The position numbers and the translations under genes are program-made. The notes beneath the pieces are model-generated. The model saw nothing but the letters and a program-made list of their open reading frames with translations, was not told the DNA's origin and made no database searches. A stretch of DNA of 64,000 nt from Elusimicrobiota bacterium (GTDB lineage Bacteria; Elusimicrobiota; Elusimicrobia; UBA1565), in contig JBDRPD010000001.1 of NCBI GenBank assembly GCA_043827405.1, positions 14,651-78,650 of the forward strand, given 5' to 3'. How positions within the stretch are numbered: position 1 is the stretch's first letter; each line of letters starts with the position of its first letter. Below are positions 46,967 through 57,257 of this stretch, in pieces.

Positions 46967-48181
46967 TCAGTAGAGGAGGAAGGCGGCGCGCTCGTTGACG
47001 AAGCGCCGGGCTTCGGTGGTGAAGAACTTATTGATATCGGCGGCGCTGGCCCCGCTGTCGTAGAGCTTGTTGAACACGGGGCTCCCCGTCATCAGCGTCA
47101 TGCGCTCCGGCTGGAGCGTAAACTGCTCGGGGTGGGCGTCGCGCAGCGCCGTGACGAGATGGGCGAAGACGGCGAGCGGCTCTACGGCGCCGCGGTCGGT
47201 GACGATGATGCGTATCCCGTGCGTTTTCTCGCCGGCGTAGACGCTCTTCTCCGGAGTGAGCGTCTGCGGCTTGAACTCGACGCCCTTGAGGCCGGCCTTT
47301 TTCAGCCGCTTGATTACGCGTTTGGGCTTGAGCCATGGCGCGCCGAGCCAGCGGAACGGCACCGGCGTCCCCCGGCCGACCGACAGGTTGCTGGCCTCGA
47401 AGCAGCCCGTCCCCGGATACAGCGCCGCCGAGTCAAGGTCCGGCATATTGGGCGACGGCCGCACCCAGAGCAGGTCCGTCTGGTCATGCCACATCTCCCG
47501 GCGCCAGCCCTTGAGCGCGATGACCTGTAGCTTGGCGCCCAGGCGGGCGTGGAAGTTGAAGATGCGTGCGAGCTCGCCCATGGTCATGCCGTGACGGACC
47601 GGGACGGGCATGTAGGCGATGAAGTGCCGGATGCCGGGCTCGAGCACGGGCCCTTCGACGGCCGTGCCGCCGATGGGGTTGGGCCGGTCGAGGACGAAGA
47701 ACTCGATATTCTGCCGCTTCGCGGCTTCGAGAGCCATGGCCATGGTCGTGGAATAGGTGTAGAAGCGCGCGCCGATCCCCTGAATGTCGAAGACCAGCGC
47801 GTCGAGTCCCTTGAGCATATCGGCTGTCGGGGCCCGCGTCGAGCCGTAGAGGCTGTGCAGGGGAATCTTCCGGCCGTCCGGGAGGATGTATTGGCCGGAT
47901 TCGACGGATTCCTGTTCCATCGTGCCGGCGAAGCCGTGCTCCGGAGAAAACAGCGCCTTAAGCTCCAGCCCGGGGGCATTGGCGAGGATTGAGACGGTGG
48001 TGCGGCCCTTGCGATCGATGCCCGTCTGATTTGTGATCAGGCCGATGCGCTTGTCTTTGAGTTCACGGAAACCGTTGTCTTCGAGGACGTCGATGCCCGC
48101 GAGAACTTCCGCCGGCGCGGCCGCCGAATGCGCCGGAGGAGCCCATAACGCGAATAGGAGTAAAAAGCACGCGCCTCTCAT
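46967..48181 (-). CDS. namZ: Exo-beta-N-acetylmuramidase NamZ (DUF1343/YbbC family)
   Basis: Signal peptide. GLITNQTG, LFSPEHG, SLYG, FDIQGIGARFYTY, VLDRPNP, RHGMTMGELA and PSPNMP. Confidence 0.92.
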   Translation of the reverse strand: MRGACFLLLFALWAPPAHSAAAPAEVLAGIDVLEDNGFRELKDKRIGLITNQTGIDRKGRTTVSILANAPGLELKALFSPEHGFAGTMEQESVESGQYILPDGRKIPLHSLYGSTRAPTADMLKGLDALVFDIQGIGARFYTYSTTMAMALEAAKRQNIEFFVLDRPNPIGGTAVEGPVLEPGIRHFIAYMPVPVRHGMTMGELARIFNFHARLGAKLQVIALKGWRREMWHDQTDLLWVRPSPNMPDLDSAALYPGTGCFEASNLSVGRGTPVPFRWLGAPWLKPKRVIKRLKKAGLKGVEFKPQTLTPEKSVYAGEKTHGIRIIVTDRGAVEPLAVFAHLVTALRDAHPEQFTLQPERMTLMTGSPVFNKLYDSGASAADINKFFTTEARRFVNERAAFLLY

Positions 48182-49395
48182 CGCTGTCTTCCCGGCAGCT
48201 TCTTAAGCAGAACGTACATGTCCCCCTGGTCCCAGACGCTGTGCGCCGTGGCCTTTGCCTGCGGCCCATGCCCCATGTAAAGGTCGACGCGGCCCGGGCC
48301 CTTGATCGCGCCCCCCGTATCCTGGCAGTGGACGAAGCGGCGCGCGGGATTCTTGCCGAGCCAGCCGCCCTTGCCGTCGGCTTGGATCATGGTCAGGGAG
48401 ACGTAGGCTACCGCTCCGAGTGGGACGAACTCCGGGTCGACCGCGATCGAGCGGCCGGGCGTCAGCGGCTGCCCGATGGAGCCGGAGGGCTCTCCGTCTT
48501 TGGTCATGGGCTGGACCGAAAAAAACGTGTAGCGCGGATTCTGGCTGATGAGCCAGGCCTCGCCTTCCGGGTGCTGCGCCAGGTAGCGGCGGAGCGTCTC
48601 GGCCTTGATCTCCTCCCGGGTCATTGCGCCGGCGCCGACGACGGTCAGGCCCACGCTTTTATAGGGCCGGGCGTTGGTCGCGGCGAACAGGGCGAGCGCT
48701 TCGCCGCCGTCGGGATAGCGCAGGATGCCGGAGCCCTGGATGTGGAGGTCCAGCCGGTCGAACTCGTTTTTGAGCCAGGCAACCTCCAGATTCTTGCCGG
48801 CGAGCTGCTTGCGGATATCGATGTCGCGCCGGTCGAAGTAGGGGACGAAGCGGCCGGTCTCGTCCACGCGGCCGATTAGGGTGCTTCCCTTATACTGGTC
48901 GCTGAAATCCTCGAGCCGCGCCTCGATCATGTCGGGCGGCTTGCGGTAGAGCGGATAGGGATACTCCTCGGTGCGTACGCGGCTCGCTTCCAGGACGGGC
49001 TGGTAATAGGACGAATAGTGCGCGGAGTGCGGTGTCGTCGAGCGGTTGAGGCGGAAAAGCTCAAAATCTTCCTTAAGGCGGCGGTCAAATTCGTCCTGCG
49101 GCAGGCGCCGGTCGAGTAGCCGGCCAAGCTCCTCGATGGTGTCGATGAGCCGCTGGGTGCCGACGCGGATATCGCCCAACCGGTAGAGCGCGTCTCCCTT
49201 GCCGCGCAGGTAGGCGATGCTGCGCTCGCCGGCCTGCGCAAAAGTGGCGGGCTCAAGGTCATCGGCGAGCTGCGGCCAGCTCTCCGGGGCGAGACGCTCG
49301 ACGGCATTTAGCCGGGGCGGAGTTCTGCGTACGGCCGGCGTTCGGCATGCAGCGGGCAGCGCCGCCGCGAGCAGCAAAAGGGCGGTTTTTCGCAT
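48178..49395 (-). CDS. mltA: Membrane-bound lytic murein transglycosylase A (lipoprotein)
   Basis: Lipobox-like LPAAC. YYQP, LHIQGSG, NPRYTFF, RSIAVD and QDTGGAIKGPGRVDLY.G.G (3D domain). Confidence 0.92.
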   Translation of the reverse strand: MRKTALLLLAAALPAACRTPAVRRTPPRLNAVERLAPESWPQLADDLEPATFAQAGERSIAYLRGKGDALYRLGDIRVGTQRLIDTIEELGRLLDRRLPQDEFDRRLKEDFELFRLNRSTTPHSAHYSSYYQPVLEASRVRTEEYPYPLYRKPPDMIEARLEDFSDQYKGSTLIGRVDETGRFVPYFDRRDIDIRKQLAGKNLEVAWLKNEFDRLDLHIQGSGILRYPDGGEALALFAATNARPYKSVGLTVVGAGAMTREEIKAETLRRYLAQHPEGEAWLISQNPRYTFFSVQPMTKDGEPSGSIGQPLTPGRSIAVDPEFVPLGAVAYVSLTMIQADGKGGWLGKNPARRFVHCQDTGGAIKGPGRVDLYMGHGPQAKATAHSVWDQGDMYVLLKKLPGRQR

Positions 49396-49401
49396 GGCCG
49401 G

Positions 49402-49444
49402 AGTATAGCAATTCTCCTCCTAAAGAACGCCGGAATGGTATGAT
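49402..49444. promoter_or_regulatory. Back-to-back extended -10 promoters for leaderless mltA and nagZ
   Basis: TGcTATACT on the - strand lies 6 nt before ATG 49395. TGgTATGAT on the + strand lies 6 nt before GTG 49451. Confidence 0.6.
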
Positions 49445-49450
49445 GCCCGG

Positions 49451-51049
49451 GTGCGGTGCTTGCTGCTGCTGACTCTGTTAACGGCGATGACAACGGGAGC
49501 TTCCTCGATGCCGGATTCCGCCGACGGCGTACAGGATATGCCGTTGGAGGTGCGCGTCGGCCGCCTGCTGTGGCCTGTTCTCGACGAACGCGCGGCCGAG
49601 CGCTACGCTCCGGCGGTGCGGGCGGGGCGGCTCGGCGGCGGCATCCTGCGCTGGCATATGCCGCGCGGCTCCGCCGCCGGCTTCATCAAGCAGCTGCGCG
49701 CCTGGGCGCGGCAGGCTCCGGGGCGCCCTCCGTTCTTCATCTCCGTCGATCACGAAGGCGGACCGCTGTTCACGCAGCCGGAGCTCGGGACCATGCTGCC
49801 CGGAAATATGGCGCTGGGCGCCGCGGGTTCCGCGGAGCTGGCGGAGTTGGCGGCGCGCGCCAGCGCGGGCGAGCTGCGCGCGCTGGACGTTGACATCAAC
49901 TTCGCGCCGGTCGTCGACGTCAACAGCAATCCGGATAATCCCATTATCGGCGTCCGTTCGTTCGGCGAGGACCCCGCGGCCGTTGCCGCGCTGGGCGCGG
50001 CCGCCGTCCGCGGCTATCTGCGGGGCGGCATCCTTCCCGCCGCCAAGCACTTCCCGGGACATGGCGATACCTCGACGGACTCGCACGCGGCTTTGCCGAC
50101 CGTGGCCTATAAGCGGACGCGCTGGGAGCAAATCGATTTACCGCCGTTCCGGGCGGCGATCGCCGCGGGTGTTCCCATGATTATGACCGCTCATGTCGCC
50201 ATGCCGGCTCTCGGCACCGGCGATCTGCCGGCCACCTTGTCATCGGCGGCGCTGCAGGGCGTGCTGCGCGAAGAGCTGGGATACGAAGGCGTCATCGTGT
50301 CCGACAGCCTCGATATGGGCGCGATCACTAAAGCCTATGGCGCCGAGGAAGCCGCGATTTCGGCGATCCTCGCGGGCTGCGATGTCCTGCTGCTGGGCAA
50401 AGGGGGGCATAAACATATTCATGCCGCGCTTATGCGCGCGGTGCGGGAGGGCCGCATTTCCGAGAAGCGGCTTAACGCTTCGGTGCGACGCATCCTCGCG
50501 CTGCCGGCGCGCGCGGACCAGAGCGGGGATCCCGTCGTGATGCCGGACCGGCGCATCGCCGAAGCCTCGATCACGCTGCTGCGCAACGAGGACGGTCTGG
50601 TGCCGCTGCGGCTGCAAAAAGGCCAGCGGCTGCTGGCGCTCTCCTTCGAGCACCCGATGTTCGGGCCGGCCTTTGACCTGCTGGTTAAGGAGCTGCGCGA
50701 GCGGCATGCGGACACGGACTCGCTGCTGCTGCGGGAGGATGTCGGTGCGGCGTTAACGCGCGCCGGCGGAGCCGATGTTATAATCGTCGGCACCTATCAG
50801 TGGGGAGGCGGCGTTCAGGCGCGGCAGAAAGAGCTGCTGGCGCGGCTGCGGCCGCTGGGCAAGAGCGTCATACAGCTAAGCCTTCTTAACCCCTACGAGA
50901 TGCGTGATTATCCCGCCGCCCGTACGGTACTGCTGACTTACGGCACGGCGCCCGCCTCCCTGCGGGCGGCGGTCAGCTTGCTGTTCGGCGAGAGCCCCTT
51001 TCGAGGGCATGTTCCTGTCACCTTTGACGATCGCCGCCCCCGGCGATAA
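49451..51049 (+). CDS. nagZ: GH3 beta-N-acetylhexosaminidase (two-domain, exported)
   Basis: VDHEGG, NFAPVVD, IGVRSFG, KHFPGHGDT..DSH, MTAH and SDSLDM. N-terminal signal-like segment. Confidence 0.9.
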   Translation: MRCLLLLTLLTAMTTGASSMPDSADGVQDMPLEVRVGRLLWPVLDERAAERYAPAVRAGRLGGGILRWHMPRGSAAGFIKQLRAWARQAPGRPPFFISVDHEGGPLFTQPELGTMLPGNMALGAAGSAELAELAARASAGELRALDVDINFAPVVDVNSNPDNPIIGVRSFGEDPAAVAALGAAAVRGYLRGGILPAAKHFPGHGDTSTDSHAALPTVAYKRTRWEQIDLPPFRAAIAAGVPMIMTAHVAMPALGTGDLPATLSSAALQGVLREELGYEGVIVSDSLDMGAITKAYGAEEAAISAILAGCDVLLLGKGGHKHIHAALMRAVREGRISEKRLNASVRRILALPARADQSGDPVVMPDRRIAEASITLLRNEDGLVPLRLQKGQRLLALSFEHPMFGPAFDLLVKELRERHADTDSLLLREDVGAALTRAGGADVIIVGTYQWGGGVQARQKELLARLRPLGKSVIQLSLLNPYEMRDYPAARTVLLTYGTAPASLRAAVSLLFGESPFRGHVPVTFDDRRPRR

Positions 51050-51063
51050 AAGCATAGAAAATA

Positions 51064-51092
51064 TTGACTTTCTCGACGAGACTTGTTAAAAT
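51064..51092 (+). promoter_or_regulatory. sigma70 promoter of smc
   Basis: TTGACT-17 nt-TAAAAT with a TGn extension. Confidence 0.7.
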
Positions 51093-51167
51093 AGCAAGCC
51101 TGTCCGGCATTTATTGGACACTAGATGATAAAACATGGACGCTTTTGCGCCCATGGGGGATTTATTA

Positions 51168-54100
51168 ATGTACCTCAAAACCATCGAAATAGTTGGTTTC
51201 AAATCATTCGCCGACAAGACCCGGATCGATCTGCAGCCCGGCATTACGGGAATCATCGGTCCCAACGGCTGCGGCAAATCCAACATTATGGAATCCGTGC
51301 GTTGGAGCATCGGCGAGATGTCCTGGAAGTCCCTGCGCTCGGACTCCATGATCAGCATCATTTTTGCGGGCACGGCGCGCCGCAATGCGATGAACCTTTC
51401 CGAGGTCACCCTCACATTCGACAATGCCCAGAGCCAGCTGCCGGTGCAGTATTCCGAGGTTCAGGTTTCGCGCCGCATCTACCGGTCCGGCGATTCCGAG
51501 TACTACATCAACAAGACGCAATGCCGCCTGCGCGACATCCGGGAGCTCTTCCTGGATACGGGTATCGGCAATACCGGCTACGCGATTATCGACCAGGGCG
51601 GCGTTGATTTCATCCTCAACTCCAAACCGGAAGACCGCCGCACCCTGTTCGAGGAGGCCGCCGGCGTTTCCAAGTACAAGGCCAAGCGCCAGGAAGCGCT
51701 GCGCAAGCTCGATCGCGTGGAGATCGATCTGGGCCGCCTGCAGGACTCGGTAGCGCTCATCAAGGAACAGATCAAGAAGCTCGATGCGGACGCGCGCAAG
51801 GCCCGGCTCTACGAGAAGTACGAGGTCGAGCTGGCCGCGATGGAGGCCGGGCAGGTTATCAAGGATGTCGGCGAGCTGGAAGGCCGCTCCGGGGAGCAGG
51901 AGAAGCTCGTCGCTCCCAAGAAGCAAAGTTTAACCGAGCTGCATACGGCGGTCGAGGCGGACGAGGCGCGGCTGGCCGCTCTCGATCTCGAAAGGACGCA
52001 GCAGGAGAAAAACGTCCTCGCGGCCAGTCAGAAGGTATCCGACTGCAAGTCCGAGATCGCCCAGCTCGAAGAGCGGCGCAAAGGCGATCAGGCGCTGGCG
52101 CAGAACCTGGAAGAGCAGATCGCGGCGTCGAAGCAGGAATCCGAGCAGGAGGCGCAGCGCGAGAAGGATTTGTCGCCTGAGCTGGAGAAGGCCGCCGCGG
52201 CGCTGGCGGCCGCCGAGACCGAATGGGAGAAGGCGCGCCGCGCGTGCGACGCTTTCAGCGCGGACTTCGATCGGGTCGAGAGCGACCTCAAGACGACGGA
52301 AGCGAGCCGCCGGGAGCTCAGCGAGAAGCTGCTGCGGGTCACCGAGACCTGCCAGTCGACGACGCGCCGGCTGTCCGAATGCGAGACGCGCGTCAATCAG
52401 CTCGAGTTTGAAGCGGCGCGCAGCGGCAAGGAATTGGAAAAGAAGCTCGGGCGCGTCGCGGCGATGAACGCCGTCTGCGGCCAGGCGAACGAGACGCTGG
52501 AGGCTCAGCGGCGGGCCGTCGCGGAGGCTGCGCGGGCCGCGGTCGCGCGGGAGCAGGCGCTGGGGAACGCCCGCACGAAGCTGGAAGATCTCGGCGAGCG
52601 TCTATTGGACCGCCGCGCCGCCGTGGCCAGCCAGCAAGCCAAGGTTGAAGCGCTCGAGATCCAGGGCCAGCGCGATCCGTACTGGGTCGGCGCGCATGCC
52701 GTGGTCAACGCGGATTTGCCGGGGGTGCTCGGAACGGTGCGCTCTCTTATCGAGGTCGATGAGGCGTACCGGGCGCAGGTTGAAGACCTGCTGGGCGAGC
52801 GGCTCTATGCCGTGGTCTGCAGCGACTCGGCGGCGGCCAAGGCGGGCGTCGCGTTTCTGCGCGAGAGCGGCAAGGGGCGTGCGCGCTTTCTCGTCGCGAG
52901 TACTCTGCCCGAGCCGCTGCCGGCGGCGAGCCTGCCGCCGGGGGCGCAGCCGGTCGCCGACCGCGTGCGGTATCAGCCCGATCACGACAAGACTATCCGC
53001 TATTTGCTCGGGGAAGCGTACGCCGCGGAAGGCAGCGTATTCGGCCGGCACTGGATTTGCGGCGGCGCAACCGAGAGCGAGACACCGCGGCTCAAGCTTT
53101 CCGACATCGGGACGCTGCGCGAGGAGCTCGCGCGGATGGAACAGGAGCGGGACGCTCTGGCCGCCGAGAAGAAAGCGCATGAGGAGGGGCTCCCCGGGCT
53201 GGCGCAGGCGATCTCGGCCGCGCAGAGCGAGCACCAGGATTGCATGGGCACGCTGCAGCGTCTTGAGGCCGAGCAGCATCAGCGCCAGGCCAGCTTGCGC
53301 AACGATCAGGAAGAAGTCGGCGTACTTGAAGAAGAGGTCGCCCGTATACGGGAGGACGCGGCCAAGACGCGGGCGGAGATGGACGAGCGCGGGCGGACGT
53401 TGGAGCAGGGGCGGCTGGATGAGAATGAGCTGCGCTCCCATGACAGCGCATGTGCGCAGCGCCTCGACGGTCTGCGGCTGGATGTCGCCGGCAAGCGCGT
53501 CGAGAAGAGTCATTTGGAGAAGAACCTCGAGTCCGCGGAGAAGGAAAAGAATTTGTATCAGTCGCAGAAGAATCGCGTCGAAACCGATCGCGAGACTTTG
53601 CTGCGCTCTATCGAGCGGCGCAGCGAGCAGCAGTTCGATTGGGAGCGCCGCATCCGTGAGCTGTCCGACGCCAGCGCAACTTCGGTCCGGCGCATCGACG
53701 AAGTTCGCACCAGCCTGGCGGGCTTCGAGAAGGAGAACGCGGCGCTGTTCGCGACCCTGCAGAAGATGCAGCTCGAGTTTACCGACCTCAGCCGGAGCGT
53801 GCATGAGCGGCAGGGTGAGGCGGAAAGCCTGCAGGCGGAGATCCATACCGTCGAGATGGAGATTAACCAGATGCGGACCCGCCGGCAGATGCTCCTCGAG
53901 CAGCTGGCCGAAAAGTGGAAGCTGACCTACGAGGACGCCCTGGCGCAGTACAAGGATCAGCCGGTCGACAAGGAGCGTATGGAATTTCTCCGCCGGCGGA
54001 TGGCGAACCTCGGCAACATCAATAAGGCGGCGCCGGAGGAGTACGAGGAGCTGAGCCGGAAGCACGACGGCCTGCAGAGCCAGATCGACGATCTGCTCAG

Positions 54101-54668
54101 CGCCAAGAAGGACCTGCATTCCGCGATCGCCAAGATCAACGCGACGACGCGCGAGAACTTCCGGCAGACCTTCGCCGAGGTGCGCGAGCACTTCCGCAAG
54201 CTCTACGGCACCTTGTTCGAGGGCGGCGAGGCCGACCTGCTCCTGACCGACAAGGATAATATGCTCGAGTCCGGTATCGACATCGTCGCCCAGCCGCCGG
54301 GCAAGAAGCTGCAGAGCATCTCGCAGCTGTCGGGCGGCGAGAAGACGCTGACGGCGATCGCGCTGCTGTTCGCGTTCTTCATGGTGAAGCCCTCGCCGAT
54401 GTGCATGCTCGATGAGGCGGACGCCGCGCTCGACGACGCGAACGTCGAACGTTTCGTCTCGCTGATTCGCGAGTTCGGCGCCAAGACGCAGTTCCTGATC
54501 GTGAGCCACAACAAGCTGACGATGGAGGCCTGCGACGCCATTTACGGCGTCACGATGGAGGAGTCCGGGGTCAGCCAGCTGATCTCAATCGACTTCAAAA
54601 AGCGGGGCACCGGCGTCGAGGACGCCCGCTTCGCCGAGCCTGACGAATCCGCCCTCTCCTCCGCCTAG
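51168..54668 (+). CDS. smc: Chromosome segregation protein SMC
   Basis: Start MYLK at 51168 (GGGGGA SD). GFKSF, GPNGCGKSN, coiled coils, hinge, LSGGEK, LDEADAALD and VSHN. Confidence 0.97.
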   Translation: MYLKTIEIVGFKSFADKTRIDLQPGITGIIGPNGCGKSNIMESVRWSIGEMSWKSLRSDSMISIIFAGTARRNAMNLSEVTLTFDNAQSQLPVQYSEVQVSRRIYRSGDSEYYINKTQCRLRDIRELFLDTGIGNTGYAIIDQGGVDFILNSKPEDRRTLFEEAAGVSKYKAKRQEALRKLDRVEIDLGRLQDSVALIKEQIKKLDADARKARLYEKYEVELAAMEAGQVIKDVGELEGRSGEQEKLVAPKKQSLTELHTAVEADEARLAALDLERTQQEKNVLAASQKVSDCKSEIAQLEERRKGDQALAQNLEEQIAASKQESEQEAQREKDLSPELEKAAAALAAAETEWEKARRACDAFSADFDRVESDLKTTEASRRELSEKLLRVTETCQSTTRRLSECETRVNQLEFEAARSGKELEKKLGRVAAMNAVCGQANETLEAQRRAVAEAARAAVAREQALGNARTKLEDLGERLLDRRAAVASQQAKVEALEIQGQRDPYWVGAHAVVNADLPGVLGTVRSLIEVDEAYRAQVEDLLGERLYAVVCSDSAAAKAGVAFLRESGKGRARFLVASTLPEPLPAASLPPGAQPVADRVRYQPDHDKTIRYLLGEAYAAEGSVFGRHWICGGATESETPRLKLSDIGTLREELARMEQERDALAAEKKAHEEGLPGLAQAISAAQSEHQDCMGTLQRLEAEQHQRQASLRNDQEEVGVLEEEVARIREDAAKTRAEMDERGRTLEQGRLDENELRSHDSACAQRLDGLRLDVAGKRVEKSHLEKNLESAEKEKNLYQSQKNRVETDRETLLRSIERRSEQQFDWERRIRELSDASATSVRRIDEVRTSLAGFEKENAALFATLQKMQLEFTDLSRSVHERQGEAESLQAEIHTVEMEINQMRTRRQMLLEQLAEKWKLTYEDALAQYKDQPVDKERMEFLRRRMANLGNINKAAPEEYEELSRKHDGLQSQIDDLLSAKKDLHSAIAKINATTRENFRQTFAEVREHFRKLYGTLFEGGEADLLLTDKDNMLESGIDIVAQPPGKKLQSISQLSGGEKTLTAIALLFAFFMVKPSPMCMLDEADAALDDANVERFVSLIREFGAKTQFLIVSHNKLTMEACDAIYGVTMEESGVSQLISIDFKKRGTGVEDARFAEPDESALSSA

Positions 54669-54676
54669 AGAGACGC

Positions 54677-55417
54677 ATGCTCTGGGGGGTTCTTTCCGAC
54701 ATCCACTCAAACTACGCGGCGCTTGACGCCGTTCTTAAAGCTCTGGAGCAGCGCGGAGCGCGGAGCTTCATCTGCTGCGGCGACGTGGTCGGCTACGGCC
54801 CGGAGCCTAATGAGGTCGTCGAGCGCATGGCGGAGCTGCCGTCTCTGCGCTGCGTTCGGGGCAACCACGATTTGGCGGTTTTAGGGCGGATGGATATTTC
54901 CTGGTTCAACGCGCCGGCGAAAGCGGCCGTGATGTACGCCCGTGAAGTGCTCAAGAAAGAGAACCTGGCCTGGCTCAAGGAGCTGCCGCCGGTGGTGGAA
55001 GATGAGAACTTTACGGTGGTGCACGGCTCGCCGCGCAACACCGCCGAGGAGTATCTGGTGACCGTGCAGCAGTTTCACGATAACTGCGCGTACTTCAAAA
55101 CCTCGCCCTGCTTCGTCGGGCACAGTCATCTGCCCGTCTGTTTCCTCATGAGAGAACCGGTGTCCTATGTCGAGGCGGGAACGCTCGGCGAGAACCAGGA
55201 ACTGCGCACCCCGGAGGGAACGCGCAGCGTGATCAACCCGGGCTCCGTCGGCCAGCCGCGGGACCAGGACAACCGCTCCGCCTGCGGCGTCTACGACGAC
55301 CAGCGCCGCACCTTCACGCTGTATCGTGTGCCCTACGATATAGCCTCGACGCAGCAAAAGATCATCAAGGCAGGGATTCCGGAATTCCTGGCCGCCCGCC
55401 TCGACTACGGTCAGTAA
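54677..55417 (+). CDS. Calcineurin-like metallophosphoesterase
   Basis: SDIHSN, GDVVGYG, GNHD, HGSP, GHSH and NPGSVGQPRD. Confidence 0.93.
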   Translation: MLWGVLSDIHSNYAALDAVLKALEQRGARSFICCGDVVGYGPEPNEVVERMAELPSLRCVRGNHDLAVLGRMDISWFNAPAKAAVMYAREVLKKENLAWLKELPPVVEDENFTVVHGSPRNTAEEYLVTVQQFHDNCAYFKTSPCFVGHSHLPVCFLMREPVSYVEAGTLGENQELRTPEGTRSVINPGSVGQPRDQDNRSACGVYDDQRRTFTLYRVPYDIASTQQKIIKAGIPEFLAARLDYGQ

Positions 55418-55466
55418 TAGCCCGCCGTCTCGATCGAATTTATTAATAAATATATGAGTTCCCGGG

Positions 55467-55510
55467 GGGCGGACAGGGCCCTTGAATTCGTAACATCTCC
55501 GTTCTATATT
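55467..55510 (+). promoter_or_regulatory. sigma70 promoter with GGCCC abutting the -35 (tad genes)
   Basis: GGGCG-N5-GGCCC-TTGAAT-17 nt-TATATT. Confidence 0.6.
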
Positions 55511-55530
55511 TAGGGTAGGCGGACGCTGTT

Positions 55531-56727
55531 ATGGTATTTATGCGTCGGTGCGTTGATGCTTTATTGAGGCTGCTTCGCAATAGGCGAGGGCAGCTGGCCA
55601 TCCCGTCTCTGTTTGTGCTCCCGTCGCTGTTTTTGTTTGTCTACTTGATCTTCGAGACGGCGAAGGTTTCCCGCGAGAAGATCCGCCACCAGTTCGCGAT
55701 CGACGCGGCGGCCTTTATTGAGATGACCAACTATTCGGACTTCCTCAACCGTTCGGCCTACGTCAACGGGGCTTTTCCCCAGCGCATCTTCGAAGAGGGC
55801 TTCTACGGGACCCCGATCGAGACCAAGAAGAATACTTCCGGCACGCTGCCCAATAATATGGGGATGGCAGGTGACCGGCTTTACGAGATTTTGTACAAGA
55901 ACGGAGCGTTTCCCGCGGATCCGGATGAGCCGGCGAAGGCCTCGCTCGACGGACGCCCGAGCTGGTTTCTCAAGTTCAAGGGGCCGGGGGCCGGCGGCAA
56001 GAACGACTCCAGCCCGACGCTTGACCCGCGGCTCAATCTGCTGACTATGGACGACGCGCTCGATTACTGGATCAGCTGGGACGACGCGCAGGACATCTAC
56101 AAGCTCTACGTGCAGATATATCAGCTGCTGGGCTCGGTCGAAGACGCGCAGTACTCGGTCTTCTGCCGCCTGACCGGGGCGAGCGGCTGTCCGAACTCCG
56201 ACGGCAAGCATAACTTTTTCCGCAAGTCCTACTGGCTTAATACCAATGATCCGATCGACGACGCTTTTGACGGGGCGCAGGCCTTCAATAAATATCCGTT
56301 CAACCCGCGTCCGCACTGCATCCAGGAGATCATGATTCACGGCAATAAGCCGACCAACAACGCCTTCCAGCCCTATCAGATCTGGGCGCCCAGCGATCCG
56401 GTGCAGATGCCCAAGACCATTGAGAACTGCGTGGAGGGCGACGGCCTGTTCCAGATGGAATCAATTGACCCGGGACATCTGCGCGCTATGGCGGAGCCGC
56501 ATGAGGATTCGCCATGGCCCGGTTACCCGGTGGTCCAGCATTGGGACGTGGAGCAGTCGGTGCTGGGCAGCAACTATTTCAACGTTAATTTCCACAACAT
56601 GATACGCTGTCAGGACGGCGGCGGTCCCTGCGTGCACGCGACGGTGGGCTTGTCCAACCCCTCCGGGCCCGGCAAGGGGCTGTGGCCCAATCCGACGCCC
56701 AAGTTCCAGACGAGGCTATATCCATGA
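55531..56727 (+). CDS. TadG-like pseudopilin (Tad N-terminal domain)
   Basis: 'RRGQ' prepilin-type site, hydrophobic helix and 'Q.AIDAAA' motif. Cys-containing exported domain. Start may be 55540. Confidence 0.75.
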   Translation: MVFMRRCVDALLRLLRNRRGQLAIPSLFVLPSLFLFVYLIFETAKVSREKIRHQFAIDAAAFIEMTNYSDFLNRSAYVNGAFPQRIFEEGFYGTPIETKKNTSGTLPNNMGMAGDRLYEILYKNGAFPADPDEPAKASLDGRPSWFLKFKGPGAGGKNDSSPTLDPRLNLLTMDDALDYWISWDDAQDIYKLYVQIYQLLGSVEDAQYSVFCRLTGASGCPNSDGKHNFFRKSYWLNTNDPIDDAFDGAQAFNKYPFNPRPHCIQEIMIHGNKPTNNAFQPYQIWAPSDPVQMPKTIENCVEGDGLFQMESIDPGHLRAMAEPHEDSPWPGYPVVQHWDVEQSVLGSNYFNVNFHNMIRCQDGGGPCVHATVGLSNPSGPGKGLWPNPTPKFQTRLYP

Positions 56728-57212
56728 GATCAAGAAACACGCTGCTCAAATTGCGCAACGCGCGCGGCGGTCAGGCCACGACCGAGGTCGTGCTGCTGCT
56801 GCCGCTGTTTATGTTTTTCCTCTTCGCTTTCTCCAAGACTTTCGCGCTTCTGGTTCTGGTGCAGAAGATGGAAGTGGCGTCCTATTACGCGGCGCGACGC
56901 TGGCAGCTCGAGTCGCACCGCAACGTCCAGTACGAGCCCTGGGACAACAACGATCTATGCTTCGACATCGAGGACAAAGTGAAGGAGTACCTCGGCTTCG
57001 GCACCGCCGCCCAGCAGTTCCTGGGTCTGCAGTCGGTCTCCGTCTGCCCGGTGCAGCGCACCCAGGTGTGGAACGTCGTCACGCTGACCGTCAATACCAA
57101 GCCGGTCAATATCCCGCTGTTCCAGAACGACGGTTTCGAGTTCGAGGTGGTGAAGTATGTGCCGAACCGGGACCGGCCGATCGCCTTCGTGCTCCCGGGT
57201 TTGTCACCCTGA
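56724..57212 (+). CDS. TadE-like pseudopilin
   Basis: Start ATG 56724 (ATGA overlap). 'RGGQATTEVVLLLPLF...ASYYAAR' is a G/Q..E+5 prepilin motif followed by AAR. Confidence 0.82.
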   Translation: MRSRNTLLKLRNARGGQATTEVVLLLPLFMFFLFAFSKTFALLVLVQKMEVASYYAARRWQLESHRNVQYEPWDNNDLCFDIEDKVKEYLGFGTAAQQFLGLQSVSVCPVQRTQVWNVVTLTVNTKPVNIPLFQNDGFEFEVVKYVPNRDRPIAFVLPGLSP

Positions 57213-57257
57213 TGGAACTTCTGTTAAGCTATGGTGTCCTAATGCTGGGGCCGACAA

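Noticed and set aside
51168..55417. SMC plus phosphoesterase as an SbcCD or Wadjet-like defence system
   Set aside because: The SMC has a canonical hinge and housekeeping motifs, the phosphoesterase is not SbcD/Mre11-like, and no jet genes are present.
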